A stretch of 64,000 nt of DNA, from the NCBI GenBank assembly GCA_016788205.1, contig JAEUTA010000011.1, positions 45,649 to 109,648 of the forward strand, written 5' to 3'. The translations under genes were made by a program, and so were the position numbers. The DNA comes from Flavobacteriales bacterium (GTDB lineage Bacteria; Bacteroidota; Bacteroidia; Flavobacteriales_F; PHOS-HE28). The notes under the pieces are model-generated. The model was not told where the DNA came from, searched no databases, and saw only the letters and a list, made by a program, of their open reading frames with translations. This document shows positions 36,872 to 47,130 of the stretch, one piece after another. The stretch's first letter is position 1; every line of letters starts with the position of its first letter.

Positions 36872-39139
36872 ATGCCCTACAGTCCCAGCGCGATCTTCAT
36901 TTTCTCCTTGGAGCCATGGGGCGACATGTGGTACTCCAAGCACCACTATGCCGCGCATCTGGCCAAGAGGCACAACGTCTACTTCGTCAGTATCCCGGAT
37001 CGCTGGCGCTGGACGGACCTGTTCTCTTTCGGGACCAACGTGCGCCGAACGCCCGAGGGCGTTAACGTGGTGGAGTACAGGAACAATCTTCCGCTACGCC
37101 CCTTCGCCGGACGGTTCGCCACGATACAGAACCGCTTCAATGCATGGAAACTGCGCAGGCTGATGCCCAAGGGGGAAACACTCCTTTGGAGCTTCTACCC
37201 TGCTTACGGCCTGTTGCGGCATCTGATGAACCGGCCATCCACCAGCAGCATATACCACATTGTGGACCCCTACCAGAACATGCCTGGGGATGTACCGCTG
37301 AGCCGCAGCGTGGACCTGGTCGTGGCGATCAACGCGTGGTACGAGCGCTACTACGGTAGCATGAACGAGAACCGTATCCTGATACCGCACGGGGTGCGGT
37401 CGCAGGATCGCGAACACGATCCCGAAGGCATGAAAGGGTTCCGGAAGCGGTTCGGTCGCTATGCCGTACTCGCCACCGGGGTGAACCGATATGTGAACTA
37501 CGCACTGCTCCAGCGCGTGGCCGATGCGCACCCTGACCTCCACATCGTGGTGGCAGGTCAATGGTTCACCCTGACAGGAGCGGCACGCGAGGCACGCGAA
37601 ACCCTCTTCGAACGACCGAACGTGGAGTACCTCGGTGTCCTGCATCCGGATACCCTCAAGGACCTCATCCAAGGAGCCGCCGTGGGGCTGCTGGCGTACG
37701 ACTTCGAACCACCGAGCGCCGTACCGACCACCGCAGGACGTACCCCCCTGAAGGTATTGACCTACCTGGCACAGCGCCTGCCTGTCGTATCCACGAACAA
37801 CAGCTACATACCGGCGTTGGAAGGCCTGGGCCACTATAAGGCCAACGATGCCGACCAGTTCGTGCGCCTCGTGGGTGCCGTAGGGGCCAAGACCGCGGAC
37901 GTCGATGTGGCCGCGGTCGACTCGTACCTCGATGGCGTCGAATATGCGAACCTGGTCGGAAGGGTGCTCGATGCCCTTGGCACAGCCCTCGAGCAGCGCG
38001 GAACCAATGTCCGATCGAACGCGTCCGCGAACAGGGACACGGATGCACGTACCCTCGTGCCCACCACCAGTCCTGTGCTCATCGCATCCAATGAAGGATG
38101 GAACGGCCCGCGCTACAGCAAGCATCGTTTCGCGCTGGCGCTGAGCACGCGGCGCAAGGTCTTCTTCATCGACCCATCACCTCCTTGGCGTCCCTCCTAC
38201 CTGCTCCGGAGAAGGATCCTCGAGCGCACCACGAACGAGGGTATCACCGTGCTTTCCTATAGCAATGCTGTGCCCCTCTTCGGCGGTCGGCTCGGCGCGT
38301 TCAACGACCGCATCATCTCCGCACGCATCAGGAAACATCTGGCACGCAGCGGCTGGCATGCACCGTTGTTCTGGACCTTCGACCCGAGCCGATTGATATC
38401 GCCCGAACACTTGGGTGCCCTCATTTCCGTGTATCACTGCGTGGATGACCACACCCTACGGCACGCCGCCGAGTTGGAGTTGGCGGAACGGTGCGATCAT
38501 GTGTTCTGCATCGCACGTGATCTCATGCCGCGTTTCGTGGGGCATAGTAACTCCATTCGGGTGGTGCCACACGGCCTGGCGAACGAAGACCTTACACCTA
38601 CCGCCGCAGCCCCCAACCTCCCCGTACAGCCCGGTTACGGTCTGTACATCGGCAACATCAACGACCGTCATGACTTCGCTTTGTGGGAGCGCATGTTCCA
38701 CGACCACCCTGACGTGAACTGGCTTATCGTAGGACCGAGCCAGGTGACGGACCCGAAAGGGCTGGCCCTCCTACGTGAAGGCGGCCGATCGAACGTTCAT
38801 ATCATCGGACCCCTACCCTACGATCAACTGCCCTCGCTGATCGCCGCCGCGGGGTTCGGATTCCTCTATATGCGTCCGGACCATCCCGCCAACCGAATCT
38901 CCAGCCAGAAGGTGGTGCAATTCCTTGCACAGGGGAAACCATTCTTCTGTAGCTGGTTCTCCGAATACGCCGATCGACAGGACCTGGTGATCATGAACGA
39001 TGACCCCGATGAGGCGATGCACCAGTTCGATGGGTGGAAGCGCCACGGTGATGCCCCTGGAGCTGCCGAAAAACGCCTCGCCTATGCGCAGGAATTGCGC
39101 TTCGATCATCTGCTTCAGAACCTACCCTTTCGCTTCTGA
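36872..39139 (+). CDS. Tandem double GT-B (GT4-like) glycosyltransferase
   Basis: Two homologous halves: WGDMWYSKHHYA / WNGPRYSKHRFA, YHIVD / YHCVD, IPHG / VPHG, PLKVLTYLA / SQKVVQFLA. Confidence 0.78.
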   Translation: MPYSPSAIFIFSLEPWGDMWYSKHHYAAHLAKRHNVYFVSIPDRWRWTDLFSFGTNVRRTPEGVNVVEYRNNLPLRPFAGRFATIQNRFNAWKLRRLMPKGETLLWSFYPAYGLLRHLMNRPSTSSIYHIVDPYQNMPGDVPLSRSVDLVVAINAWYERYYGSMNENRILIPHGVRSQDREHDPEGMKGFRKRFGRYAVLATGVNRYVNYALLQRVADAHPDLHIVVAGQWFTLTGAAREARETLFERPNVEYLGVLHPDTLKDLIQGAAVGLLAYDFEPPSAVPTTAGRTPLKVLTYLAQRLPVVSTNNSYIPALEGLGHYKANDADQFVRLVGAVGAKTADVDVAAVDSYLDGVEYANLVGRVLDALGTALEQRGTNVRSNASANRDTDARTLVPTTSPVLIASNEGWNGPRYSKHRFALALSTRRKVFFIDPSPPWRPSYLLRRRILERTTNEGITVLSYSNAVPLFGGRLGAFNDRIISARIRKHLARSGWHAPLFWTFDPSRLISPEHLGALISVYHCVDDHTLRHAAELELAERCDHVFCIARDLMPRFVGHSNSIRVVPHGLANEDLTPTAAAPNLPVQPGYGLYIGNINDRHDFALWERMFHDHPDVNWLIVGPSQVTDPKGLALLREGGRSNVHIIGPLPYDQLPSLIAAAGFGFLYMRPDHPANRISSQKVVQFLAQGKPFFCSWFSEYADRQDLVIMNDDPDEAMHQFDGWKRHGDAPGAAEKRLAYAQELRFDHLLQNLPFRF

Positions 39140-39361
39140 TCGTAGAAGCGAGGGAATTCGATACGCAAGCGGACGTTGATAGACCGCAGCTCGTGAGCCC
39201 CGAACGTGGGTCCAGCCGGTCTAGTTTTACCCACAGCGGGCATCTTTCCAATGAGCAGCCCGTCGATGAGGAGTGAACAGGCTACATGTGAACGGTTCCT
39301 TGCTACGGGCACGCATGACGCGTAGGCCCCATCCGTTCCTGATCCTTAACGCGCCATTGCC

Positions 39362-40693
39362 ATGTCCATGAAGCGCGGGCTGTTCTACACCTTCCTCACC
39401 CAGGCCCCCACACTGCTGATGTACTTCGTCGCCAGCACACTGATGACGCGTATGCTCGGAGAGGTGGGACGCGGCGAATATGCCCTGATCACGAATTTCG
39501 GTGCATTGCTCGCCCTGGTCATGGGTATGAACATCGGCGTGGGCATCACCTATTTCATTTCAAGAACACCGGACCACCCTGCCAGTGCGATCGGTACGGC
39601 CACCACCCTGCTGCTGCTGAACATAGTCGCGGTGCCGCTGCTGCTCTGGCTCTTGTCCCTCAGCGGCATCCTCAGTAACGTATTGATGCCCGACGGTCGC
39701 GAGCATTGGGCTTATTGGGGCTACGTGTACATGACCGTGGTGCTGAGCCTTGTGAACAGCGCCGTAGCCGCCGTACTGCTCGGGACCAAGCGGTTCGCTG
39801 CACTGAACTGGATGAGCATGTTGAGCGCAGGGCTGAGCGCGCTTGGGATGCTGGTCCTGTTCTTGCTGCCCGATGAACGGGGGAACGATGAAGTGTTCCC
39901 GCTCGTGCTGCAGGTCACGGCCATCGCCAGCACCTTGGTCACCCTGGTCTGGTGCGTGATCTACGCGGTGAACGTACGCATCCCCCCCGTTCCGGTATGG
40001 TCCTGGCGGGTGATGCGACCGATGATCACGTTCTCAGCGGTGGGCCACTTGAGCAACCTGGTCAACCTGATCAACTACCGATTCGATGTGTGGGTAGTGG
40101 ACCAGTACAAGGGAGCCGCAGAACTTGGCCTATACGCCGTGGCCGTGGGTCTTGGCCAGTTGCTCTTCAATGTCCCCGAGCCGTTCTCCCGTGTGGTGCA
40201 ACCCTATCTTTTCGGCCAACAGCGGAACGAAATGCTCTCGCGTTTCAAAGCCGTGGCCCGCTTGAACGCTACGGTGCTGACCGTGCTCGCGATAGGGTTG
40301 GGCCTGTTCGCGCCGTGGATCATCCCGCTCTTGTTCGGATCCGAATTCGCTCCGTCCATCCTTCCACTCCAACTATTGCTGCCTGGGATCGTGTTCAGCG
40401 GGATGGCCAAACTCCTTGCCCAATTGGTGATCCAAGGAGGACTGCAACGGTTCAACCTCATGGCCACCACCGTGGCGGTGATAGTCACCATCACGTTGGA
40501 TCTTGCTCTCATTCCTCGCTGGGGCATGCAAGGCGCTGCGGTGGCCAGTACACTATCGTACGCCGTTGGTCTGGCCATTCTTCTGGGGGCCATCCGCCAA
40601 CGCATGGGGATCTCCATCAACGACCTTTTCCTGTTGCGGCCAAGCGACATCACCTCGCTCCTGCGCCAGGCTCCATGGGCCGCCACACGCTGA
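39362..40693 (+). CDS. wzx: Wzx-type oligosaccharide flippase
   Basis: TRMLG..GRGEY, LGLYAVA, LIPRWGMQGAA; 12 or more TMs. Confidence 0.85.
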   Translation: MSMKRGLFYTFLTQAPTLLMYFVASTLMTRMLGEVGRGEYALITNFGALLALVMGMNIGVGITYFISRTPDHPASAIGTATTLLLLNIVAVPLLLWLLSLSGILSNVLMPDGREHWAYWGYVYMTVVLSLVNSAVAAVLLGTKRFAALNWMSMLSAGLSALGMLVLFLLPDERGNDEVFPLVLQVTAIASTLVTLVWCVIYAVNVRIPPVPVWSWRVMRPMITFSAVGHLSNLVNLINYRFDVWVVDQYKGAAELGLYAVAVGLGQLLFNVPEPFSRVVQPYLFGQQRNEMLSRFKAVARLNATVLTVLAIGLGLFAPWIIPLLFGSEFAPSILPLQLLLPGIVFSGMAKLLAQLVIQGGLQRFNLMATTVAVIVTITLDLALIPRWGMQGAAVASTLSYAVGLAILLGAIRQRMGISINDLFLLRPSDITSLLRQAPWAATR

Positions 40694-40759
40694 TCCGATG
40701 GGCATGCACAACGAGACCGTCGAACATTCGATGCCTTCACCTTACTGGTGTCCACGAAA

Positions 40760-41932
40760 ATGACGGTGCCCGGAATGAGCCTATGCCTTGCAGGGTGGTG
40801 GCCCGGAAAAGGACACGTCGCGGGTATTTTCATCCGTGAGCATATCCATGCGATCGCAAGGCATAGACCTGTTCAAGTCGTCCACGTTAGCGTGGAGAAA
40901 GCCGGGCTGTCGTGGCCGCGCACCACTTGCTCCACGACCATGGAAGAAGGCCTTACCGTGCATCACATCCGCATACGAACACCGGTAAGGCGTTTCGGCG
41001 TTCCAGCATGGTTGACCAAGCGTGCGTACGAGCGGTTGTTCGCCCGATCGCCGAAGCCCGCCATCATGCACATACACGTGCGCACCGAGGCAACGGCAAC
41101 GGCGACATCGTTGGCTGCCGCCATGGGCGTTCCGGTGATAGTGACCGAACACAATTCGTTCTACCACCTCGGCATCCGCGCCCTTCCACCGGACGAACAG
41201 GCCAGGGAACGCGCAGCGATCCGGCGTTGGTTCGCAGATGCGAACATCAAGAAGGTGATGCCCGTTTCCAACGACCTTGCTCGTGTGCTCGTGGATGAGT
41301 TCGGCGTTGATCATTCAAGGATCGAAGTCGTACCCAACGTCGCTGCCGATGTCTTCCTTCCGGCCATGCATCCCTCCGGAATGCCTTTCCGCATACTGCT
41401 GGCATCGGTCTGGCGTCCACCCAAGGATCATGATGTGTTCATCAAGGCACTGTCCATGCTAACACCTTCCTTGCGCACACGCGTGCTCGTGGAATGGGCT
41501 GGTTTCGGGCCCGACATGGAACGCATTCAACAGCGTTGCAGAGAGGAATTGCCGGATGTGGAGATCCGATTCACCGGTGCAATGACAAAGGCCGAGTTGG
41601 CGAGGTCCATGCAGGCCGCGGACCTTTTCGTCCTCCCGACCAAAGCCGACAATCTGCCCTGCGTGGTGCTGGAAAGCCACTGTTGTGGCACACCTGTCGT
41701 ATCCATGCGTGTGAACGGCGTGCCCGAGATGATCGATGCGACCAACGGCCTTTTGGTACCACCCAGTTCACCCGAAGAACTGGCCTCGGCGCTCACCCGA
41801 TGCATCACCGGCGAAGTGCGGTTCGACCGCGAAGCCATTGCCCGTGCAGCGGCCCAACGCTATTCCATGGCGGCCGTAGCTGACCGACTGGAGCGCATCC
41901 AACAGGAGGTATTGGGACAAGAGAGCCATTGA
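40760..41932 (+). CDS. GT4 glycosyltransferase
   Basis: GIFIREH, TEH, VPN, DNLPCVVLES..CGTPVV. Confidence 0.87.
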   Translation: MTVPGMSLCLAGWWPGKGHVAGIFIREHIHAIARHRPVQVVHVSVEKAGLSWPRTTCSTTMEEGLTVHHIRIRTPVRRFGVPAWLTKRAYERLFARSPKPAIMHIHVRTEATATATSLAAAMGVPVIVTEHNSFYHLGIRALPPDEQARERAAIRRWFADANIKKVMPVSNDLARVLVDEFGVDHSRIEVVPNVAADVFLPAMHPSGMPFRILLASVWRPPKDHDVFIKALSMLTPSLRTRVLVEWAGFGPDMERIQQRCREELPDVEIRFTGAMTKAELARSMQAADLFVLPTKADNLPCVVLESHCCGTPVVSMRVNGVPEMIDATNGLLVPPSSPEELASALTRCITGEVRFDREAIARAAAQRYSMAAVADRLERIQQEVLGQESH

Positions 41933-42105
41933 CCGGTGAACAAGATCATTCTTCCAGCTGTTCATACCAACCACGGCGGCACCCTACACATGATCGGCAG
42001 CGAGGTCGTGACGTTCTATCTTTCGCACGGTCCAATGCACCGCTTGTCAGTGAGCGTTCTCGGCCCGAAGAGCATAGCGTTCCATCCTTGAGCGCACCTT
42101 TTCCC

Positions 42106-43248
42106 ATGGTCTCCCGTACGATCCACGTGCTGCACACCTTCGCCAACAACAGCGAAGTCCCCTATCTATCGTGGTTCGCGGAACGAGCTGCGCACGAACG
42201 CAACGTTCGGTACTCGTTCATTGTCCTCTATGCGGAACGGCCCCGGATGATGGATGAAATGAAGCGCCTGGGATTCCCTGTCATCTGGATCAGATACGAC
42301 GACCGTGCACGGAAACGGGGTATGCTAAGGGCTCTTCCGCTGCTCTGGTGGCACATGATGCGCTTGAGACCCGACATCGTACACTGCAACCTGTTCGACG
42401 ACACGCTGCCCGGTGTCATTGCGGCTTGGGCAGCCGGCATAAAGGCCCGCGTGATCACGCGACAGGACACCGGCTTCCATTGGCTGCACGCTCCGCGTTG
42501 GGTGTCACTGGACCGTTGGAACAACCGGATGGCGCGGCGCATCATCGCCATCTCCGAAGAGAATAAGCGCTTCATCATGGACAAGGAGGGAGCCCCGGAA
42601 GAGAAGATCGACCTGGTGCACAACGGCATACCTCCGGAACGCTTCACCGGCCAACAGGCATCCACCATGGCCGCCATGCGGGAACGCTTCGGCATGCAGC
42701 CGGACCATATCGTTTTCGGCACGGTGGCGCGATTCATCCCTTGGAAAGGCTACCGCCACATCGTGGGGGCTGCGAAGCGCATCGTGGAACACACGCCACA
42801 AGCCCGCTTCCTGTTCTGCGGCCAAGGGGAACAAGAGCAGGAGATACGTGAACTCATCGTCGCCGAAGGTCTGTCCGACCACATCCTCCTCGTGGGTCGC
42901 ATAGCGCCGAAGGAGATGGCATCTTTCTATGGCTTGCTCGACATCTATATCCATGCTGCCACCCTTGAGCCCTTCGGGCTGGTCTACGCGGAAGCCATGA
43001 TGAACGGTGTACCGGTCGTTAGCACGCCGACCGGTGCGGCAGCGGACGCTATCATCGACGGAGTGAACGGCATCTTGGTGCGAACGGCCGACGCCGATGC
43101 GATGGCCGCAGGAGCGTTGCGCATGTTGCAGGGCGATCGCAAGGCGATGGGTGAGGCTGGACGCCAGACCGCACTCCGGATGTACAGCTTCGATACCATG
43201 TGGAGCGGTACGATGGCCGTCTACGAAAAAGCAAGACCGGCCCTATGA
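42106..43248 (+). CDS. GT4 glycosyltransferase
   Basis: VHNGI, ARF...KG, EPFGLVYAEAM..GVPVV. Start shortened. Confidence 0.88.
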   Translation: MVSRTIHVLHTFANNSEVPYLSWFAERAAHERNVRYSFIVLYAERPRMMDEMKRLGFPVIWIRYDDRARKRGMLRALPLLWWHMMRLRPDIVHCNLFDDTLPGVIAAWAAGIKARVITRQDTGFHWLHAPRWVSLDRWNNRMARRIIAISEENKRFIMDKEGAPEEKIDLVHNGIPPERFTGQQASTMAAMRERFGMQPDHIVFGTVARFIPWKGYRHIVGAAKRIVEHTPQARFLFCGQGEQEQEIRELIVAEGLSDHILLVGRIAPKEMASFYGLLDIYIHAATLEPFGLVYAEAMMNGVPVVSTPTGAAADAIIDGVNGILVRTADADAMAAGALRMLQGDRKAMGEAGRQTALRMYSFDTMWSGTMAVYEKARPAL

Positions 43249-44132
43249 GCGTCCGTCCTCTCATCTCCGTTATCATACCTGCTTACAACGCCGCGCCCTT
43301 CTTATTGGAGGCCACGCGGTCGGTGCTTGAACAAACGCACACCGACCTTGAGTTGATCGTGGTGAACGATGGATCAACGGATGAGACCTCCGCCCTGGCG
43401 AGACGTACCCATGACCAGCGTGTGCGGGTGATCGACCAGCCGAACGGTGGCGTCAGCTCGGCCCGGAATGCCGGCCTAGGAACTGCTGAAGGTGAGTACA
43501 TCGCTTTCCTGGATGCGGATGATGCCATGGAGCCCACCGCACTTCAGGAGAAACTCGAACGCCTGCACCGAAGCAATGCTGCGTGGGTGTTCGGTGACCT
43601 CATCATCTGTGATGCCTTGCTGCACCCTACGGGACGTGTAATGCATGGCACCGACGGGGATGTGATCAGGACCACGCTTCTCGGTATCGACCCCGGCGTA
43701 CCCGCCATGTGCAGCAATGCCCTGCTCCGACGCAGTTGCTTCGATACCGGTTACCGTTTCCCGAAACACCTCTCCAATGCAGCCGACCAGCATTTCGTTC
43801 TGGCCATGGCACGGGATCATCGATACCAGCATCTTCCCAGGGCATTGAACCGCTATCGGGTGCTACCCCATAGCATGAGCCATAATGTAGCGCTCTACGC
43901 TGCGGACCATGTGCGGTTGTTCGAAGAGGCTGCCGCCATGGGACTCTTGCGTGACGACGCCTTCGCCAGGGAATGCCGCGCCAATGCAGCCTGGTCCATC
44001 GGAGGTAGTTGGTGGGTCAATGGTCGGTCACCTGCAAAGGCTTTGCCTCATCTGCTCCGCGCCGTGGTAATGGACCCTTCCATCCTGCTGAGACGCATGA
44101 AACGCGCACGGCGCAGGGGCACGGGGAACTAA
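43245..44132 (+). CDS. GT2 glycosyltransferase
   Basis: SVIIPAYN, VNDGSTD, ARNAG, FLDADD. Confidence 0.9.
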   Translation: MSVRPLISVIIPAYNAAPFLLEATRSVLEQTHTDLELIVVNDGSTDETSALARRTHDQRVRVIDQPNGGVSSARNAGLGTAEGEYIAFLDADDAMEPTALQEKLERLHRSNAAWVFGDLIICDALLHPTGRVMHGTDGDVIRTTLLGIDPGVPAMCSNALLRRSCFDTGYRFPKHLSNAADQHFVLAMARDHRYQHLPRALNRYRVLPHSMSHNVALYAADHVRLFEEAAAMGLLRDDAFARECRANAAWSIGGSWWVNGRSPAKALPHLLRAVVMDPSILLRRMKRARRRGTGN

Positions 44133-44845
44133 GTACCAACTCGGCACCACAACCGCTGGATGCCGAACCTGTATTCGGACTCCAGCACCTGGATACCACA
44201 GCGGTCCAGCATGCCCCGGAGCTCATCGCGATCGAATTCGCTCACGTGGTCGTCATCCGTGTGGATCAGGTCCGCCTTCAGGTGCTGCCGGTAGTGATTC
44301 AAGAAGGTCTTGTCGAAGTCCGGCAGCTCGATGTAGATCCACTTGAAGTAGCTTTTGAACCGTTCCAAGAAGGCTTCTGGTTCATCCAAATGCTCCAGGA
44401 TATGTGACAGCACCAATACATCGAAGCGCTTCTCGCTGTTGCGCAGGAACTCCAATGCATCCATATGGAGGAAGGTAAGATTGGCCGCTTGGTGCTTCTG
44501 CCGTGCCCGGGCTATGCTCGCCTCGTCGTGGTCAACACCCACCACATTCCCGGCTAGTTCGGCCAGCACGGCACTCACATCGCCCGTGCTGCACCCGAGA
44601 TCCAACACCGCATGACCGGCATTGAGGTGCCGTTCCAGGAACATGGTCGCATACCTACGGTGTGGATGCTCCGCAGCAGCGTAGTATTTGAACGACGTTT
44701 CCATCGCCAGGCGATCGAATATCCACTCCAGATCCAGGTACCACCGCAGCTTGCGCTCCTTGGAAAAAGGCAGGGCCCGATCGATGCGGTACAACAACGA
44801 GAGCAGGAAGACCCGCTTCTTCCTTCGTTCCATGCGTACACCCAT
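44129..44845 (-). CDS. Class I SAM-dependent methyltransferase
   Basis: VLDLGCSTG, GVDHD, SHILEHL. Confidence 0.85.
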   Translation of the reverse strand: MGVRMERRKKRVFLLSLLYRIDRALPFSKERKLRWYLDLEWIFDRLAMETSFKYYAAAEHPHRRYATMFLERHLNAGHAVLDLGCSTGDVSAVLAELAGNVVGVDHDEASIARARQKHQAANLTFLHMDALEFLRNSEKRFDVLVLSHILEHLDEPEAFLERFKSYFKWIYIELPDFDKTFLNHYRQHLKADLIHTDDDHVSEFDRDELRGMLDRCGIQVLESEYRFGIQRLWCRVGT

Positions 44846-44855
44846 GACCTATCGA

Positions 44856-45890
44856 TCAACGTTGTTCATTCGCCAGATGCTGTTCCCAGGCCCATGCTGT
44901 GCGCATCATTTCGCCCAGATCTCGACGTGCCTCCCAGCCCAAGAGCGCCTTTGAGCGCGTCGTATCCGAATACACAGCCACGACATCACCATCCCTTCGT
45001 GGACCACGTTCATAGTTGAGACGACGACCGCTAACCGCTTCGAAAGCGGCGATCGCCTCAAGCACGCTGACCCCATTGCCCGTACCCAGGTTGATGATCT
45101 CGTGCGTTCCCACCATTGAACCGGAAGCGGCCCTGCGCAGCGCAGCGATGTGCGCATCCGCGATGTCCGAGACATGCACATAGTCACGGATACATGAACC
45201 ATCACGCGTGGGATAATCGGTCCCGTGAACGTGCATCACCTCGATACGACCACTGGCCGTGCGTGTGATCACCGGTACCAGACTGCTCGGGGGGTTGATG
45301 GGATCCTCACCGTTCAACCCGGAGGAGTGCGCTCCTGCTGGATTGAAATAGCGCAATGAGATCGCGCGCATGCCCACATGGGTGCGCACATGATCATCCA
45401 CGATACGCTCGCCGATCTGCTTGGTGTACGCGTAAGGGGATTCGGCATGTCGCAGCGCGGTGCCCTCGTGCACCGGCAGGGAATCGATGTTGCCATAGAC
45501 CGAACAAGAGGAGGAGAAGATGAATTCCTGCACGCCCGCCGCTGAACTCGCCTGGAGGATATTCAGCAGTGAAGCGATGTTGTTGTGATAATACTTCGCA
45601 GGATGCGCGATCGACTCGGGCACTGATTTGTAGGCGGCGAAATGGATGACACCTTTCACGTGCCGCTCAGCGGCGAAAAGAGCTGCGACCGCCCCGGCAT
45701 CGCAAAGATCCACTGCATGATTCCGGACCCGCTGACCGGTGATGCGCTCTATACGGTCGAACACCTTCGGGTCGGAGTTGCCGAAATGATCCACGGAGAC
45801 CACCTCCCCTTTCCAATGCGTCAAAAGTTCGATGATGGTGTGCGAACCGATGTAGCCCGCACCACCCGTGACCAGGATCCTATCATTCAT
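44856..45890 (-). CDS. galE: UDP-glucose 4-epimerase
   Basis: TGGAGYIGSH, HFAAYKSVPES, YAYTK, LRYFNPAGAH, IRDYVHV. Confidence 0.92.
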   Translation of the reverse strand: MNDRILVTGGAGYIGSHTIIELLTHWKGEVVSVDHFGNSDPKVFDRIERITGQRVRNHAVDLCDAGAVAALFAAERHVKGVIHFAAYKSVPESIAHPAKYYHNNIASLLNILQASSAAGVQEFIFSSSCSVYGNIDSLPVHEGTALRHAESPYAYTKQIGERIVDDHVRTHVGMRAISLRYFNPAGAHSSGLNGEDPINPPSSLVPVITRTASGRIEVMHVHGTDYPTRDGSCIRDYVHVSDIADAHIAALRRAASGSMVGTHEIINLGTGNGVSVLEAIAAFEAVSGRRLNYERGPRRDGDVVAVYSDTTRSKALLGWEARRDLGEMMRTAWAWEQHLANEQR

Positions 45891-47130
45891 TGTTCCCATA
45901 GATAGAGCGGTAGATCCCCACCGCACGTTCAATATCACGATACTTCTCCGCCAATGGTCTTATCCTTCCGTACAACATCCCGGCACCTTCCGCGAGGAGG
46001 ACGTCCAGCCGCTTCACGGCCTGCTGAAAGTGCTCTCGCTCCAACCCTTCCAATACGACACCGGCATTCGACCGTGCGATGATAAGTGAATCGTCGGAGA
46101 TGTCAGGCGTGATCACCACCGGCAGCCCCAGTGCCCAATATTCACCGTCCTTGATCGGCGTACAATAGCGCTTGGTGGGAACCGGTCGTACGGGCGTGAG
46201 GGCGAAGTCGGCCACGCCCATGAGATCGGGCACCTCCTTGTGGTCCACGAACAGGATGGTGAACATCGAAGCTTCCAACCCTTCAGCACGCATGAACGGC
46301 TCCAGATCCGCTGCCGAATGTGCCGTGAGCAACACCACATGCAGGCGCTCCCCCCAATGCTCGCGCGCCACACGCAGGAAGGAGAACACTTCACGATCCA
46401 GGTAGATACCGCCGAACTTGCCCGCATAAACCGCGACCAGTTCCTGCGAAAGCCCCAATCTATCCAGCACCTCCGAACGCTTCCGATTCTTCCAGGAGAA
46501 ACGCTCGAGGTCGACACACGCAGGCTTGACGAAGAAGCGGGGGCAATCCGCACCGTACTTCTCCAGTGCGTAGTGGCGCATGCCTTCCGCTGCGGCGATA
46601 TGCACCTGGGCTCTTCGGCTCTGCAAACGCTCGAAAAGGAACAGGATACGAAAGGCCATGCTTCCCCTTGCCCACGTACCATTCTCCACCATGGCCTCGG
46701 CATGCGGCTCATAACTGTCCAGTATCAATCGTCGACCGGTGAGGACCGAGACCATATAACCGACCATTCCCGCCGGCGTGCACCACGCATGCACCGTATC
46801 GATGCCTTGTTCCCTGACAAGCGAACAACAGCGAAAGATCAGGTTGAGCATCATGCCCATGGCCTTCCATCCGAACGGAACGTAGCGGAACGCATGTACC
46901 CGGATCCCCGGCTCCACATCGCGTGTACCGGTGGTGGTCTTTTCCAATGTGACCAAGTGGATCACGCTGCCAAGTGGCAGTTGGTTCCTGATGATGCGCA
47001 AGTACGGCAGCGTGTACGTCTGGACGAGGGCATCGTTGAAGCCCCAATAGGTCAAGACAAGTATCGAGCGCGGCGACCGTGCACCGCTGGTCGATGTCGC
47101 ATCTGGATGAAGATCGCTGGCCGTTTTCAT
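45883..47130 (-). CDS. GT4-like glycosyltransferase
   Basis: Q..TLPYL, PACVD, YAGKFGG, PIKDGEYWALGLPVV. Confidence 0.78.
   Translation of the reverse strand: MKTASDLHPDATSTSGARSPRSILVLTYWGFNDALVQTYTLPYLRIIRNQLPLGSVIHLVTLEKTTTGTRDVEPGIRVHAFRYVPFGWKAMGMMLNLIFRCCSLVREQGIDTVHAWCTPAGMVGYMVSVLTGRRLILDSYEPHAEAMVENGTWARGSMAFRILFLFERLQSRRAQVHIAAAEGMRHYALEKYGADCPRFFVKPACVDLERFSWKNRKRSEVLDRLGLSQELVAVYAGKFGGIYLDREVFSFLRVAREHWGERLHVVLLTAHSAADLEPFMRAEGLEASMFTILFVDHKEVPDLMGVADFALTPVRPVPTKRYCTPIKDGEYWALGLPVVITPDISDDSLIIARSNAGVVLEGLEREHFQQAVKRLDVLLAEGAGMLYGRIRPLAEKYRDIERAVGIYRSIYGNNE

Noticed and set aside
39140-39361. Spacer before wzx as a riboswitch or ops/JUMPstart element
   Set aside because: No recognisable conserved motif or strong stem found by eye.
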